Below are positions 13,101 through 24,520 of a stretch of DNA of 64,000 nt, piece by piece. Within the stretch, counting starts at the first letter, position 1; each line of letters starts with the position of its first letter. The stretch lies in NCBI GenBank assembly GCA_964036045.1, contig OZ038378.1, forward strand, positions 75,826,001-75,890,000, written 5' to 3'. The DNA comes from Eutreptiella sp. 'Long Island Sound 2002'. Taxonomy: Eukaryota; Protista; Euglenida. The notes beneath the pieces were generated by a model. That model did no database searches, was not told the DNA's origin, and saw nothing but the letters and a program-made list of their open reading frames with translations. The translations under genes were made by a program, and so were the position numbers.

Positions 13101-13876
13101 GCTGGTAGTGGTGGTGGTGGTGGTGCGGGTATGCCCCCAGCATTCCTTGGGGTTCCAGTGGGGCTTCCGGGTCGGGAACCATTTGCAGCTTTTGGGGCTG
13201 TACGGCTCGGAGGGTAGTGGGGGCGGGTTGGGGGTCAGGCTTGACGACGACTCAGGTCGAGGGGTCCCATGTCCCCGGGTTGGGCTGGCCAGCGGCCGTG
13301 GTGGTTTGCGGGGAATGGATGATGGGGCACTTGGAGATCGGGATGTTGACGAGGGTTTCGACAGGGTCGTGTTGTGTGACTGCCGCTGTGGTGGCGGTTC
13401 TCGCTGGGCAGAGGGGCGCTCGGGATGCGCTGGGTGCGGGGTCCCTGCCTGTGTTTGGGTTAGGGTTTGGGTCAGGGCAGGGACACCTCTGCTGCAGTCG
13501 TGCCTTTGGTGATTTTGTGGGCTGTGTGGGGTGGTGTTGGTGATGTTGTTGGTGGTGGTGGTGGTGGTAGTGCTGTTGCGGACAGTGTTGTTGTTTGGGT
13601 TCCGGTTTTGGTTTCGGGTCGCGTTTTGGGTTAGGGTCCGGCTCGAGGTTGAAGAGGACCTTGTCCTGGAGGTGCAAGGGCACCGGTGCTGGGTGGGAGG
13701 GGTTCCAGGTGTGCTGCCGCGGTGCCGGGGCTGCCTGTGTGGGAGTCGGGGGGCCTCCAGCAGCCTGGTGTGCGGCTGCGGCTTTGGCCTTTGCCGTGGC
13801 TTTGTGGATGAGGACAGCGGGAGGGGCGGGTCAGAGGAGGAGGTGGAGGACGTTGATGAGGATGACAAGGAGGAGG

Positions 13877-13894
13877 GAGTGTCTATTTTTTTCG
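13877..13894 (+). other. Genomic copy of the 3' part of the euglenid spliced leader (SL)
   Basis: GAGTGTCTATTTTTTTCG compared with the Euglena SL ACTTTCTGAGTGTCTATTTTTTTTCG (one T fewer). It sits at an insertion boundary, 17 nt before an ATG. Confidence 0.85.
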
Positions 13895-13911
13895 ATTTTT
13901 CTTTTCGCATC

Positions 13912-15222
13912 ATGCCTGTTAATATGTGCCGCACCGATCTGGAGCCTGGTCAGAGCCTTCTAGCGCCAGCTGCCAGCTGCACCAGATGCCAAACGCCAGC
14001 TGCAGAGCTATCAAATCTGGCGCAAGATCAAAGTTCCTTATCGCCGCAGTCCGAAAAGACTACCTCACAACCTCTGTCAGTACATGAAATATACGTTCTA
14101 CGCTGCTTTCTACGCTCTTACAGACCTACGCGCCGTTTCGCAGTCCAAAGCTTCCCCTACCGTGCTTCCGTACCGTGCAGGAATGGTGCAAGTTGCTTTT
14201 TTCATCTACAACAGCGCTGCTGGTTTCGACACGAAAACGCTCAAACTGAAGCTCAAACGCAAACAGATTAATACGACAAGAACACCACAAGTTGCGGGCG
14301 GCCCTCCAATGAATACAATGAATTACAAGAACGTGTGCGCCAAATACTGCCGAAAAACGAGTTTACGAGGAATTACGCCGAACTCTGTGCACACAATATG
14401 TCCAAAAATGCCACAAACGGAAAGTCGCAATTCGAAAGTCTCGACGCCGTACAACCCGTAACAAAGGTATGTAATCCGCACGTCTCAAGGTTCACGTCGC
14501 CAGCGCAAATTGAGCACAACAGCTCTATTCTGAGTACCAAAGCAGTCGCCAACGACCGCCAGCCTACAAGGAAGGTCTGCAGCGAAACTGAGTACAACAA
14601 CTTTATCTCCAGTACCAAAACAGCGGCCTGCGACCGCCAACTCAAATGGGGTGACTACAGCGAAACCGAGCCGTTCCCTATTTGTCAAGCCGACGACAAA
14701 GAAGCAACTCCAACTTCGTACCAAGACCCATCCGGTAACCAAGAAGATCACGAAGATTCTGAATTCATCAAGAGATCGATTGAACTACAACTGTCGAATG
14801 AGGAATTCAACAGGGACATTATTATCAAGCAACAAGGCAAGGACATGTCGAACCTCCAAGAACTGTTCAACAAGGCCAGTAATGAAGTGCAGCAAAAAAT
14901 ATGGACGACCTTAAATGAGGCCAGAGAAATTCGCAAGAAACATGAGAGAAGAGAACGCAAGTCCATCGTGCATGCTCGTGACAGGGACTTCGACTCACTA
15001 AGCGACCTTCATTACCACGTCGTCAACCTCAAAGGGATTGCGTCTCAAAACGGAGAACAGGTGCAGTCCCTATGGGAGGAATCTCAAATATGCTGAATAG
15101 TGCACGACAGCAATACCTCTCGACAAGACATCATAGACGAAGAATCCCTTGATTTTGAGTACAACTTCATTACAATGATGTATTGCGAAAGAAGTTTGAT
15201 TAAACTACCGAATAACACGTGA
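13912..15222 (+). pseudogene. Intronless retrocopy ORF: CCCH-type zinc finger plus coiled-coil protein, two in-frame stops
   Basis: One frame runs from ATG 13912 to TGA 15222, interrupted only by TAA 14269-14271 and TGA 15094-15096. CRNGASCFFHLQQRCWFRH is at 14176-14232, with a later charged helical region. Confidence 0.7.
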
Positions 15223-15974
15223 ACTCGTCAGTGCTTCTAAAGGCTTATATGTATGGCTGCCCAGGCAGCTTGATATATATGCAGACCTTCTTCTTTGCGC
15301 TGTACGCAACAGCTACAGTCGGTCCATTCTGGACTATTCGTGAGAGCTCTTCCTTTCCATGTATATCTGATATTGGCTGCCCCAGCAAGACTTCTGTGCA
15401 CTGCAATCAATTGCACTGCAATGTCACCATTGCCTGCTCTTGCTTGCTTGTTTGTTGCCTGCATTGTATGGATCCGGCACTGATTTTCCCCTAGGGTGAA
15501 AAATCGGGGTTTTTTTCCAAATGCGGTGAACAGGGAGATCACAGCCACAACATTTTCAGATATACTTATGCAGGTGGTGCCAGTTCTAATTCTTGGCATG
15601 TCTAAAACTTTTCCTTTGTATGTTATCTAACCTACCGACCTCAAAAACGTCACACTAATTTTTCTTTTTTCGATCCTTTTTGTCAATTTTCTTCCAAGTT
15701 TACTAGTCCATTATCTTATCACTTCGATAAATTTTTCCTGGGACCACTTTGGTGAACCAGTGGCCTAATGAAAGCCAAAGCCACAACCTACACTCACACC
15801 AACATTCATGCACCTCCACCAAACCAACACCAATACCCACACACGGTTTCCAACACCGGTCAGCACAGTTTACATGTATGAAAAGGTCATGTAGATAGTA
15901 TGCACAGCATCTGTGTACATAGCCTGCTCATCTTTTACTGTAAGAACTCTGACAAAGTTTGTGACGTCTTAAAG

Positions 15975-17700
15975 AGGAGGAGTAAGTGGTGGTTTTGGGG
16001 GATTTGGGTTGCGCTGCCATGCGGGCAGGTGCGGCTTTGTGGGCTGCGGCAACCTCCGTCGCGGCGACTGCGGGGAGGATGGAGGGCATGTCCTCGGGCT
16101 GCGGGTTTGGGCCTGTTTGCTGGAGGGGCCTGGCCGTGACCTGGCAGACCAACAGACCGATCCGGTCGGCAGTGGTGGGCGGAGGAGGCGCAGGGCTGCA
16201 CTCTCCGCCTTCTTGGCTCGGCTGGGCTGGGCTCCTGCAATGTGTGAGGGCGTGCGGTTCGCTGTCCAGGGGGGGTGAACAGTTCATGTGGGCTGCATTC
16301 GGGGGCCGGGGGGGTTGGGCTAAGGGTTTCGTGGGTTTCTGCGGGGGGGTGTGCGGGTCTCTTGGCGAGAATGGCGTGCTGTTGGGAGTTGCACTGCTCG
16401 CGGAGGGTGTGTGTGGGTTGGCGGGTGTGGGGGGGCGCTCGGCAGGAGGATCTTTGGCGGGCGTTTGTGGTTCAGCGGGCCAGTGGGGGAGGCCCGTGTT
16501 GCGGGGCCCGGGGCTGCCCGCGATGGTGGCCGCTGGGTCGGGACTGGGGAGGGAGGGGCAGGGGGGGGGGGCGAGTGGGAAGGTGTGAGGCAGGGTTCAC
16601 GTGCGTTGTGTCGGTGTACCTGTCCGCTTGTAGCTGTGCACCCGTGTGGTCTCTTGTAGGCCGGGCGGTTTAGAGGAGAACCTTGCCGTCTTCTGCGGCC
16701 GTGGATTTCGCAGATGAGTGGGCGTATTTGGTGGACCCCTTGGTCGGTGGTGGGAAGAGGGTACTGTAGGGGTTGGCTAAGGTCCATGCGGCGGAGGACC
16801 CTGTGGAAGGCGTGGTACCCGCATGTCGGGGAGTGTTGTGGCCTGATGGGGGGGGTCCTTCCGTGTGTCCGGGCCCGCCTCGAATTGTGTGTGGGCGGTG
16901 GGGATCGCCCGGATCCAGGGCACGGTCCCTGTGGAAGGCCAGCGGCGCTTGATCCACTGGTACAGGCAGAGCAATTCCAGCCCGGGGTGGTAGCTCTTCC
17001 GCCCTGAGGTGATTTGGGCCAGGGCGCGGGCCCGAGCTTGATTCGCCGGCTGGACGACGCTCCTCAGGAGCTTGTGCGGGGTGGTGGGGTCCCCTATTGC
17101 CCCTGTTGGGGCAGCCCCCAAGCCGATTGACATCCCTTGGTACTTTGTGTGGTTTCTGACCTGCTGCAGGTAGGTAGATGGGTGCACTCAGTCGTCGAGA
17201 GGCACCCCATGGTTCCCGCTGGCGTTGCCGCTGTGAGGAACAGGAAGGGGCTCAGCGCTTGAATAGGGGAGGCAACTTACATCCCGCTAGACCTGACTTG
17301 TGGTCCCCAACTAAGCGTCCCCGGGTATCACTGGGAGGCTTATCGCTGGCAGCGTCACGTACTTGTCTTGCCAGGAGGGTGTGCCCCAGTGCTTGCGCAC
17401 GTCCCCCCCTTTTGGTGGAACCCTAGGGGTTCACCGGACTTCCTGGCGTATCCCCTTCCCATAGCATGCATGCATGTTCTTGGAAATGGGGTTACGAGGT
17501 GCTTGGGTGTCGCACGCAAAGCAGGGCAGGCCTTAGGATGCAGCCTTACCCCCGGTCTCCGGATCTCATTTTGCCGGGTCACCTGCATGGCATGGGCTGC
17601 CTCAGTGCCCGGGCTATGGACACATGGGTTCCTATTGTTGTGTGGTGCTTGTGTTTGGGTCTGGGTTCCAAGGTGACTTCGCCATTCCTGGCTGGGCTCT
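15975..17700 (-). pseudogene. Decayed LINE family B RT core/thumb/C-terminus (array copy 2)
   Basis: GKGIRQ near 17445, YLQQVRNHTKYQGMSIG in ORF 16777-17187, and WTLANPYSTLFP downstream. Confidence 0.6.
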
Positions 17701-20054
17701 AGGGTGCGTCTGTTTGGCGGGTTTCGCCTTGCCCCGCCCTTTCTGGCCGGGGTTCGTGGTGCGCGCGTTTGGGGTTGGGTTCCGCGGTAGCCCCGCCACA
17801 CTTGGTTGCGGTCTAGGGCGTGTGTGCTTTGATACGGGCTTCGGCTGCACTTCGCCATTGCTGGCTGGGATTCGTGGTGCGTGTGTTTGGGTTGGGGCTT
17901 TTCTTGCACCCTGCTTTCCTGGTTGGGGTTTTTCGAGCGTGTGCCCTCTTGCGCGCGCCCCATTTCCCGCCACCCCTTGCTGGGGCTGCCTGTGGTGTTG
18001 GGTTGTGCGGGGGTCGCCGTGGGTGGGTTTCCCCCCCCCTCCCCCCTTTTTTTTGGCTGCGGCGGGGGTGTGTGGTTCTCGGTCGTAACTTGGCTCTGTG
18101 GTGGTCGCCGCCGCGTGTCCCGGTTTTGGGACCCTTGGTCTCCGCCCCCCCTGGCCCTTTCGTTTGGGTTGCGTCTGTTTTCCTTTCTTATTGCTGGTTG
18201 CCTGCCACTTCCCCGGTGGGATGTGTGCCGGCCTGTCGGAGGTGTCCTTTCCAGCGGCCCTTTGGCGGTCGTGTGGTCGTGGTGGGCCTCTGCCTCTGGC
18301 TGTATGTCGACAGGTTGGACAAGGTGGTCCTCCGGTGTCCCTTCGAGGGGCCCCGTGGGTGTCGCCTTTGGTGTTACCTGGTTGGGGGAGTTGCCTCTTG
18401 TGGAGTGGGTTGCGCGGCTTCGCGGTTGTGTGCTTGTCCCTCGCCCGCCCTTTTCTGTTTCCTGTGGGCGCGCCTTCGTGGTTGGGCCGGGGTTCTCCCC
18501 CCTTCCGTGTTTTTGTTTTGGGAAGGAGGTTTGCCTGTTCCTCCCTCTGCCTTCCCTGGGCTCGTGCACGCACTGGTTGGCATTCGGTGTGGCTAACCGG
18601 GTTGCTGTGGTGCTGCAGTTGGCTGCAGGCCGTGCCCCGGCCCCATGGATTGGCTGGGTTATGTACACGCTTGGCCTGGCGGACTGTCCTGTCAGGTCAC
18701 GTTCTGGCTTCCCCAGATGGGCAGTTGCACCAGCCGGTTTGTGAGGTCTTGGGTAAAAGGGGGTCGGGTTGTAACTTTGTGGTGGCAGTTTGTGCGCGCG
18801 GGCCGCCTCTGTCAGGGGAAGGGGTTTACTCACGAGCGTGCGATGGCCTCCAGCACGTGCGTGGCGGGCTGGTGTGGCAATGTCCCAAGGTTGTGCGTGT
18901 GTTTCTTTCCTTTCAGGGGTGTGAGGCGGTTTGCTCGGGTTGGACCCACGATTATTGTTCCTTGCTTTAGTGCTGTGGCGTGCTTTGGTGCGCCGTGCTG
19001 TGTTGTGCTTTGCTGTGCCGTGCTGTGCCTCGGTGGCCTGTGCTGTGTTGCGGTGAGCTCTGTTCTTTCGTGTCGTGCCTCGCCGTGTCTTGCCCTGGCG
19101 TGGCGGGCTGTGCGGTGCTGTGCCGTGCCGTGCTGTGTTGTGCTGCGCTGTGTCGTGTTGTTGGCCGCCTTGTCTCGGTGCGTTGCAGGGTGGTGCGCTG
19201 CGGTGCGGTATACCGTGTTGCCTCTTGTTGTGCCGTGTTCCGCTGTGCCGTGGTGTGTGGTTGGCCCTTTCCGGTGCCTTTCCGGCGTGGGGTGGGGTCG
19301 GCGCTGGTTATACTGGCCCGCTTTGTGGTGTGGGAAGCGGGCCGAGGCTATGTGGCTGGATGGTGGCCAGGGGGCGCGGTTATGTGTGGTGCCACTCGTT
19401 GCGCCTGCGTTGCGAGGAGCCGGTTGGGTCTTTTGGCCCGGTGAGTCAGGTGGGTGTTTGCGGGGTTGCCCTCCCTGAGGGCCCGTGTCTTGGTTCCGTG
19501 TCCTCTGGGGGTCCTTGCCCCTAGGGGTGTGCCGGTGTCTGTGGAGTGGGGTGTCCTGGCCTCCTTGGGTGCGTTGGGTACCCTCGGGTCCTGTCCCTCT
19601 GCCTTCTTGCCGTCCCCCCTCCTTGGTGCCGCGGCCGTGTCCACTTCCTCCTCTGGTGCCTGTGTTGTTGCCTGTGTGGTGGCCCTTGCTGTGGCCGGCA
19701 TTCGCCTGGCGGTTAGGGTATGGTGGTGGGCTGCGCGGTTGTCTCAGCGGCTCCCCTGATGGATGTAGCTCCTTCACCCTGTCTGGGTTTACCCTCCTGC
19801 CCCTGTGCGGGGTCTGTTGGCTGCCGGGGGCGTCCCGATGCGGTTCCTGCCGCGTCCGGTCCGCATTGCGGCGGCGCAGCTTGGCGGACGTGCCCCTCCG
19901 TGGGTCGTGCGATGTCCACTGGGGGTGGGGCGGTGCTGGTCTGTCCGTTGTGGGGTTTCCGTGCTGCGTATGCGCCCTGGTGCCCGTTGTTGCACCCTCT
20001 CCCCTAGTGCTACGGCCCCTGGCCTCTCCTTTTCCTGGCCTGTTGTTGGTTTCT

Positions 20055-20842
20055 AGAAGGTTTTATAGTGATTTCAACACTGTGTTTGTGCCTCTCCTGC
20101 TGCTTGCTGCTGGTGTAGGTTTTCCTGCTGCTTGTTTTTGAAGAGGAAAATGCTTTAGTTGCTGAAATACAATCAATCCGGGATAGTCCAAGCCAGAGAT
20201 AAGCAAGTAGAAGAGAATCAGGATCAAAGCATGAAGGGCTGCAGTGTAAACAGTGAAAGATGTTAGAATATTCACAGAAACTGCAACTCAAGGCACATCG
20301 GATTGCATATTCACAAAGATAGCTGAAATGTTTTGGAAAAAGAGTTAGAAACCTGTCCGATGGTCACTCAATCTCCCTGGTGCCATCTCAGGAGATGTGC
20401 ACTCTTTGTTTTGGGTCCCATATGTGCTGAGGTGCCAGGGCATGTGGCGATGAGGTCACAGCCATGTCACATGGGATCTTTCTACTTAGCTAGGCTGACC
20501 GGGAATCGAACCAAGGACCTCTCAAACAGAGGTGCCCAGCCCCCTAGGGTGGATACCACTAGGATAGCTAAGAATTCATGAGAAAACATAAAAAAATTTC
20601 ATAGGCTCTGCCCTGGATATGTCAGTTCTCAGTCGACCCAGGAAAGGATGAAAAGCCTCACATTGTTAGGGGATTAAGGGGTCCACTCCATATCCTGATT
20701 TAGTGTTTGGTTCCATAGGTCAAAATGTGTCATCACCACTTTTGGTTGGGCCAATACTAAGATAGAAACGCTTTTGTGCTCAGTGCATCTCTAATACAAC
20801 TAGGGTATGCCTGAAAGCATTGGAAAAGCACTTTTTCTTACT
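20055..20842 (-). repeat. 3' LTR (788 bp)
   Basis: Colinear with 30610-31354, from AGAAGGTTTTATAG to GCACTTTTTCTTACT on the plus strand. Confidence 0.9.
20485..20572 (-). ncRNA. 88-nt tRNA-like/SINE-like structured element inside the 3' LTR
   Basis: Closing stem CTTAGCTA/TAGCTAAG, A-box-like TCCTAGTGGT, B-box/T-loop GGTTCGATTCC, acceptor-like GGGCTGG/TCAGCCT. Confidence 0.55.
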
Positions 20843-20851
20843 CCACCCTTG
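20843..20851 (-). promoter_or_regulatory. Weak candidate polypurine tract abutting the 3' LTR
   Basis: Minus strand reads CAAGGGTGG immediately before the LTR start AGTAAG. Confidence 0.35.
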
Positions 20852-23249
20852 TGCTGTGGTGGCCACCACTGTCGCACGTTCAGGAAAAGGGATTTTTTCT
20901 TGGCCTTTCCTTGGTTTCCACATCTACTTTAAAATACCTATAGTTTCCCTCACACAGAAAAATAGGGCGCTCACCATGGCTGGCGCCTTTTTGCTGCTGT
21001 GTTCGTGACATTTCCTACAGAAAACTCAGCGCTCATGGCGCTGCCGGGGTTCCTTTGGCTTGGTTGGGTTAGGTTGGTAGCATGCCAAAACCATGTGCAT
21101 GTGCATCCCTCCCTCCAAGACGCAGCGCGACACTAACCCAACGCCAGACTCTGTATGGACATCCTCTCCGGTTGTTAAAACCTGCTGGCGACCTGCTGTG
21201 CTGATCTTAGGGCGAAGGGAGTCGTCAACAAATTCAATTGCTCGTTGGTGGGGTCTTGGGTTCTGCTCAGTCTCCTGGCTGCTGGTTTTTGGACCAGAAA
21301 GCGGCCTACTCAGCGACGTCTTCGCGAGGATATCTGCAGAGGCAGGAATGGGAGAATTATGGACGAATCCACGCAAGCGCGAAGTGACAACACCTAAATC
21401 CGTCAAATGACGGCCTAGAATTTTTCTAAGACAACACACCTGAGCAGAATCCAATTGTGCATCAGAGGCACATTTTTATAAAAATTGTAGTCATCTCTCG
21501 ATTTTTTCAATCAAGAAATTCCTACGCATAAAAAGGCAGCGGGCAGGAGCGGCTCCTAGCGAAGCGCCGGAAAATAGAGAAACAATGAGATTATAAACGT
21601 ATGTCTCACGTAGACAGGAAAACGACGAGACACACATTAGTAAATAGACATACAGATTCCACCCACTCTGACAGTAAGAATCAAAAATCCAAGAATTCCA
21701 AAATCAACGAAAGGACCTCAATGACTCAGGTATAAACCACAGTTGTGCTCGTCTCGTATGCAGCATGCACATTCCTCGTCTCGTGTCTCCGTAAACGAGT
21801 CCTTTAGCTGCGCTAACAAACGATAGAGGGCTAGATTAGAAAGATTGCAGATGATTAGAGGTGAGATTAGGGAAAAAATAGATGGCCTTCGGCCAGGGAG
21901 TGGTTGTCACGGGGGGCTACCAGTCCTGCCCTGCGGTGCAATGCGGGGCAACTGTGACAACTGCTCTTACAGCACCAACCTCCCTTTTTGTTGCACTGAT
22001 TAGAAGTTACACACCGATGCATAGCGACGATTTCGCTTGCGCTTCGTTTCCTTGCTCACCTTGCTTCACTCTCCAGCGGTAGGTAAGGTAGGTAAGCCCA
22101 GGGGGGGCCACCCCCCGGTGGAGTTCGTGATTGTGGGTAAGATTAGAGGTTTGCCAAAGACAGCTTGTCCACTCGTGCATACTCGTGCATTCACACACGC
22201 ATTAAAGGGTAGGCCACGCGAAATGCGCATGGTAAACCTTGTTTAGGTTACCCAGGGGCTCCTCGGTATGTTTTTTAAGAGAACCTGAGGAGTCTCTTAA
22301 CGCTTGCTTGCTTGACAGGGCGTGTTTGAGGACAGTGTGTTATAGGGCACACTGAGAAGCGTATAATCCGTGGAGTGTGGCTTGGTTCCTCAGCCGCATC
22401 ACCCCTTCATCGGCCTTTGCTTTACAGGTGGGCAGGTAGGGTGATGGGTGCAGCAGCGTCCCATTTCTTCTTGCCCTGCTGAACAAGGGCGCTGATCACA
22501 CAAACAATTGACTGCACCTCAGCCAGGAGTGGCGAGGGCAGTTCGACTCCATCGACATCCGGGCTGTGCACGCAACAAGAGCACCCCTTCCCACCAAGCC
22601 CTAGCAGGGAAACACGTTGTGGCGTCCCTGTTAGGTCACAGTTGCTTAGCAGCGCTGTGTTCTCTTGTCTTCTTCACAGGAGGGTCATTAGGACTCACGA
22701 CTTGATCTCCAACAACACCCAGTAGAGCGTGAGTGTAGGAGTGGTAACCCTGAGTGGGGGCTTAAGCCAGTTGCGGAAGTGCTTGCCCACCAGGATGGTG
22801 CCACTGTAGGTCCGGTGTGTAGTGTAGTGGTGTCTCCTGTCCCGCGTACTTTTCCTCGCGGGCAGGGCAGTGCGTTAGTTTTTGGCCTTTAGCAAAAATT
22901 AGCGTTTTGTATGCCCTGAGCACACTTGGCCATCCCTCCCCCCTAGTAGCTAGGGCTCTTGCCGTATTCCCCCAAGGATAGGCGCCACTACAGAATTTGG
23001 GCACCATAGGAGTGGTACCAGTACCTGACTAGGACCTTCGGTCGGACATCAGCGAAGCCCGTTGATTCGGGAGCCACGCCCGGGAGAGAAGTGAGACACA
23101 CACGGACATACGTAGCACACTTAGGGGTAAGGTGCAGTCCCTAGCTTCAGTCTTGGAGGCATGCGTCTCAGCGAGCCTCAGCAACTCAGCAAGGTTGTTC
23201 TGGGACACGTAGTCAACCAGAACTGAGTTTAGGCGTCCCTCAGGTAGTA

Positions 23250-23370
23250 TAAACACAGAGAAGGGCTCCCAGGTTGCCTCTTCGACTCCAAACCCTTCTC
23301 AGAGGGTGAGGAAGCGCCAACATTGGCGATAGCGGTGGCGCAAGACAGACTTCACCAGGTAGAAGCCCTC
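23250..23370 (-). CDS. pol: Chromodomain at the integrase C-terminus (one premature TGA)
   Basis: FYLVKSVLRHRYRQCWRFLTL*EGFGVEEATWEPF fits the chromodomain pattern Y.V..IL.HR...FL..W.G...E.TWEP. Confidence 0.85.
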
Positions 23371-23939
23371 CTTAGCCATCTCCTCGGCGTTCATGTCGGG
23401 GAGTTCCCCTTCAGCTTCCATAGGGCTGGCAGCCCCTTGTAGGTCTAGGGCGGCGATTTCCTCGTCGTTCAGCTCCCACTCCTCCCCACAGAGGTCTTCA
23501 GGATCATAGCAGCGCTTCAGGTGTTGAGCAGGGCACACCAGGGTCCCCCCTAGACGGGGAGAACACCGCACGGTGATACGGTGTCCATCCACTGATAGAA
23601 TCTTCTACGACCCGAAGTAAGGGTCATTGCTGGTAGAGCGTGGCCAGGCGGGTAGTCGACTGTGGTGCACCAGCACCCAGTCCCCCTCTTGGTAGGTACC
23701 CGGTACTCGGTGCTTGTTCTTCTTGTTTCACTGACGCTCCCTCACTCTCTGGAGCATAGACTTCGCCTTGTTCACCTTCGCTTGTTGCTCTTGGACCCAT
23801 TCACCCACAGAAGAATGGGTGTCCTCTGGAGAGGGGGCATGTAGGAACCACGCCGGGCGCCCTAGAAATAGCTCATGGGGCGAGTAGCCAGTAGCTGAAC
23901 TCTCTCTTGGGAGTTCATCATCAAGGATATGACGGGGAG

Positions 23940-24520
23940 TAGTCTCACCCAGTCTCTGGTGCGTTCAGTTTTGCATCATATCCTTACATTCTCCTTGATG
24001 ACAGGGATCTGTCGCTCACATAGGGGGTTGCTCGTGTGCGAGTAGGGGATCCCTGTAGACACCTGGACATTGAGGGATCTCAGGACCCTCTTGTACCAAC
24101 CGGTATCTGAGTGTACCTGTACGTCCTGATCGGAGTTGATCTCCTTGGGCGCCCCACAGACCCAAAACCACTCCTCCAGGAGTATCTTGATAGTCTCCTC
24201 CCTGGTAATGTGCTTGGTAGATGGGAACACCCTGGTAAACCTGGTCAACCCACAGGTTACCACGAGGGCGAAGTCATAGCCCCCAAACTTCGGCATCTCC
24301 GTGTAGTCCACGTAGAGAACACTGTTAGCACAGTGAGGGATGGGCAGGGTCGAGTAGAGCACTCTGTCCCTGATATGCCCTTGTTTGCAGGACCTGCACG
24401 GGCACTTGTCCGCGATATGCTGGAGGGTTTTCCGCAGTTGGTCGTCAGTCCGGGTAGTGTGGAACCACTGCTTGAACAGCCTCAGGGTACGGTCAGAACC
24501 CAGGTGACCGCTGGACTAAT
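23940..24520 (-). CDS. pol: Integrase (HHCC zinc-binding region plus DDE core), disrupted
   Basis: WTH..GHLG...CPCRSC upstream. ORF 23976-24362 contains LYVDYTEM, INSDQD and SNPLCERQ. Confidence 0.9.

Noticed and set aside
13455-13475. TTAGGG-like degenerate hexamers (also ~13630 and ~34225)
   Set aside because: They are too few and too degenerate, and correspond to Pro-Asn codon repeats of the decayed element rather than telomeric arrays.
8737-13934. Many long overlapping ORFs (Cys/Val/Gly-rich or Pro/Thr/His-rich), also at 17355-20141, 32102-34629 and 44240-46844
   Set aside because: They arise from strand-skewed, GC-rich low-complexity repeats lacking stop codons; they are open in several frames at once and have no domain motifs.
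21638-21658. Minus-strand TCTGTATGTCTATTT resembling the SL; also T-run+CG motifs at ~15660 and ~31750
   Set aside because: Partial matches with no insertion boundary or ORF context.
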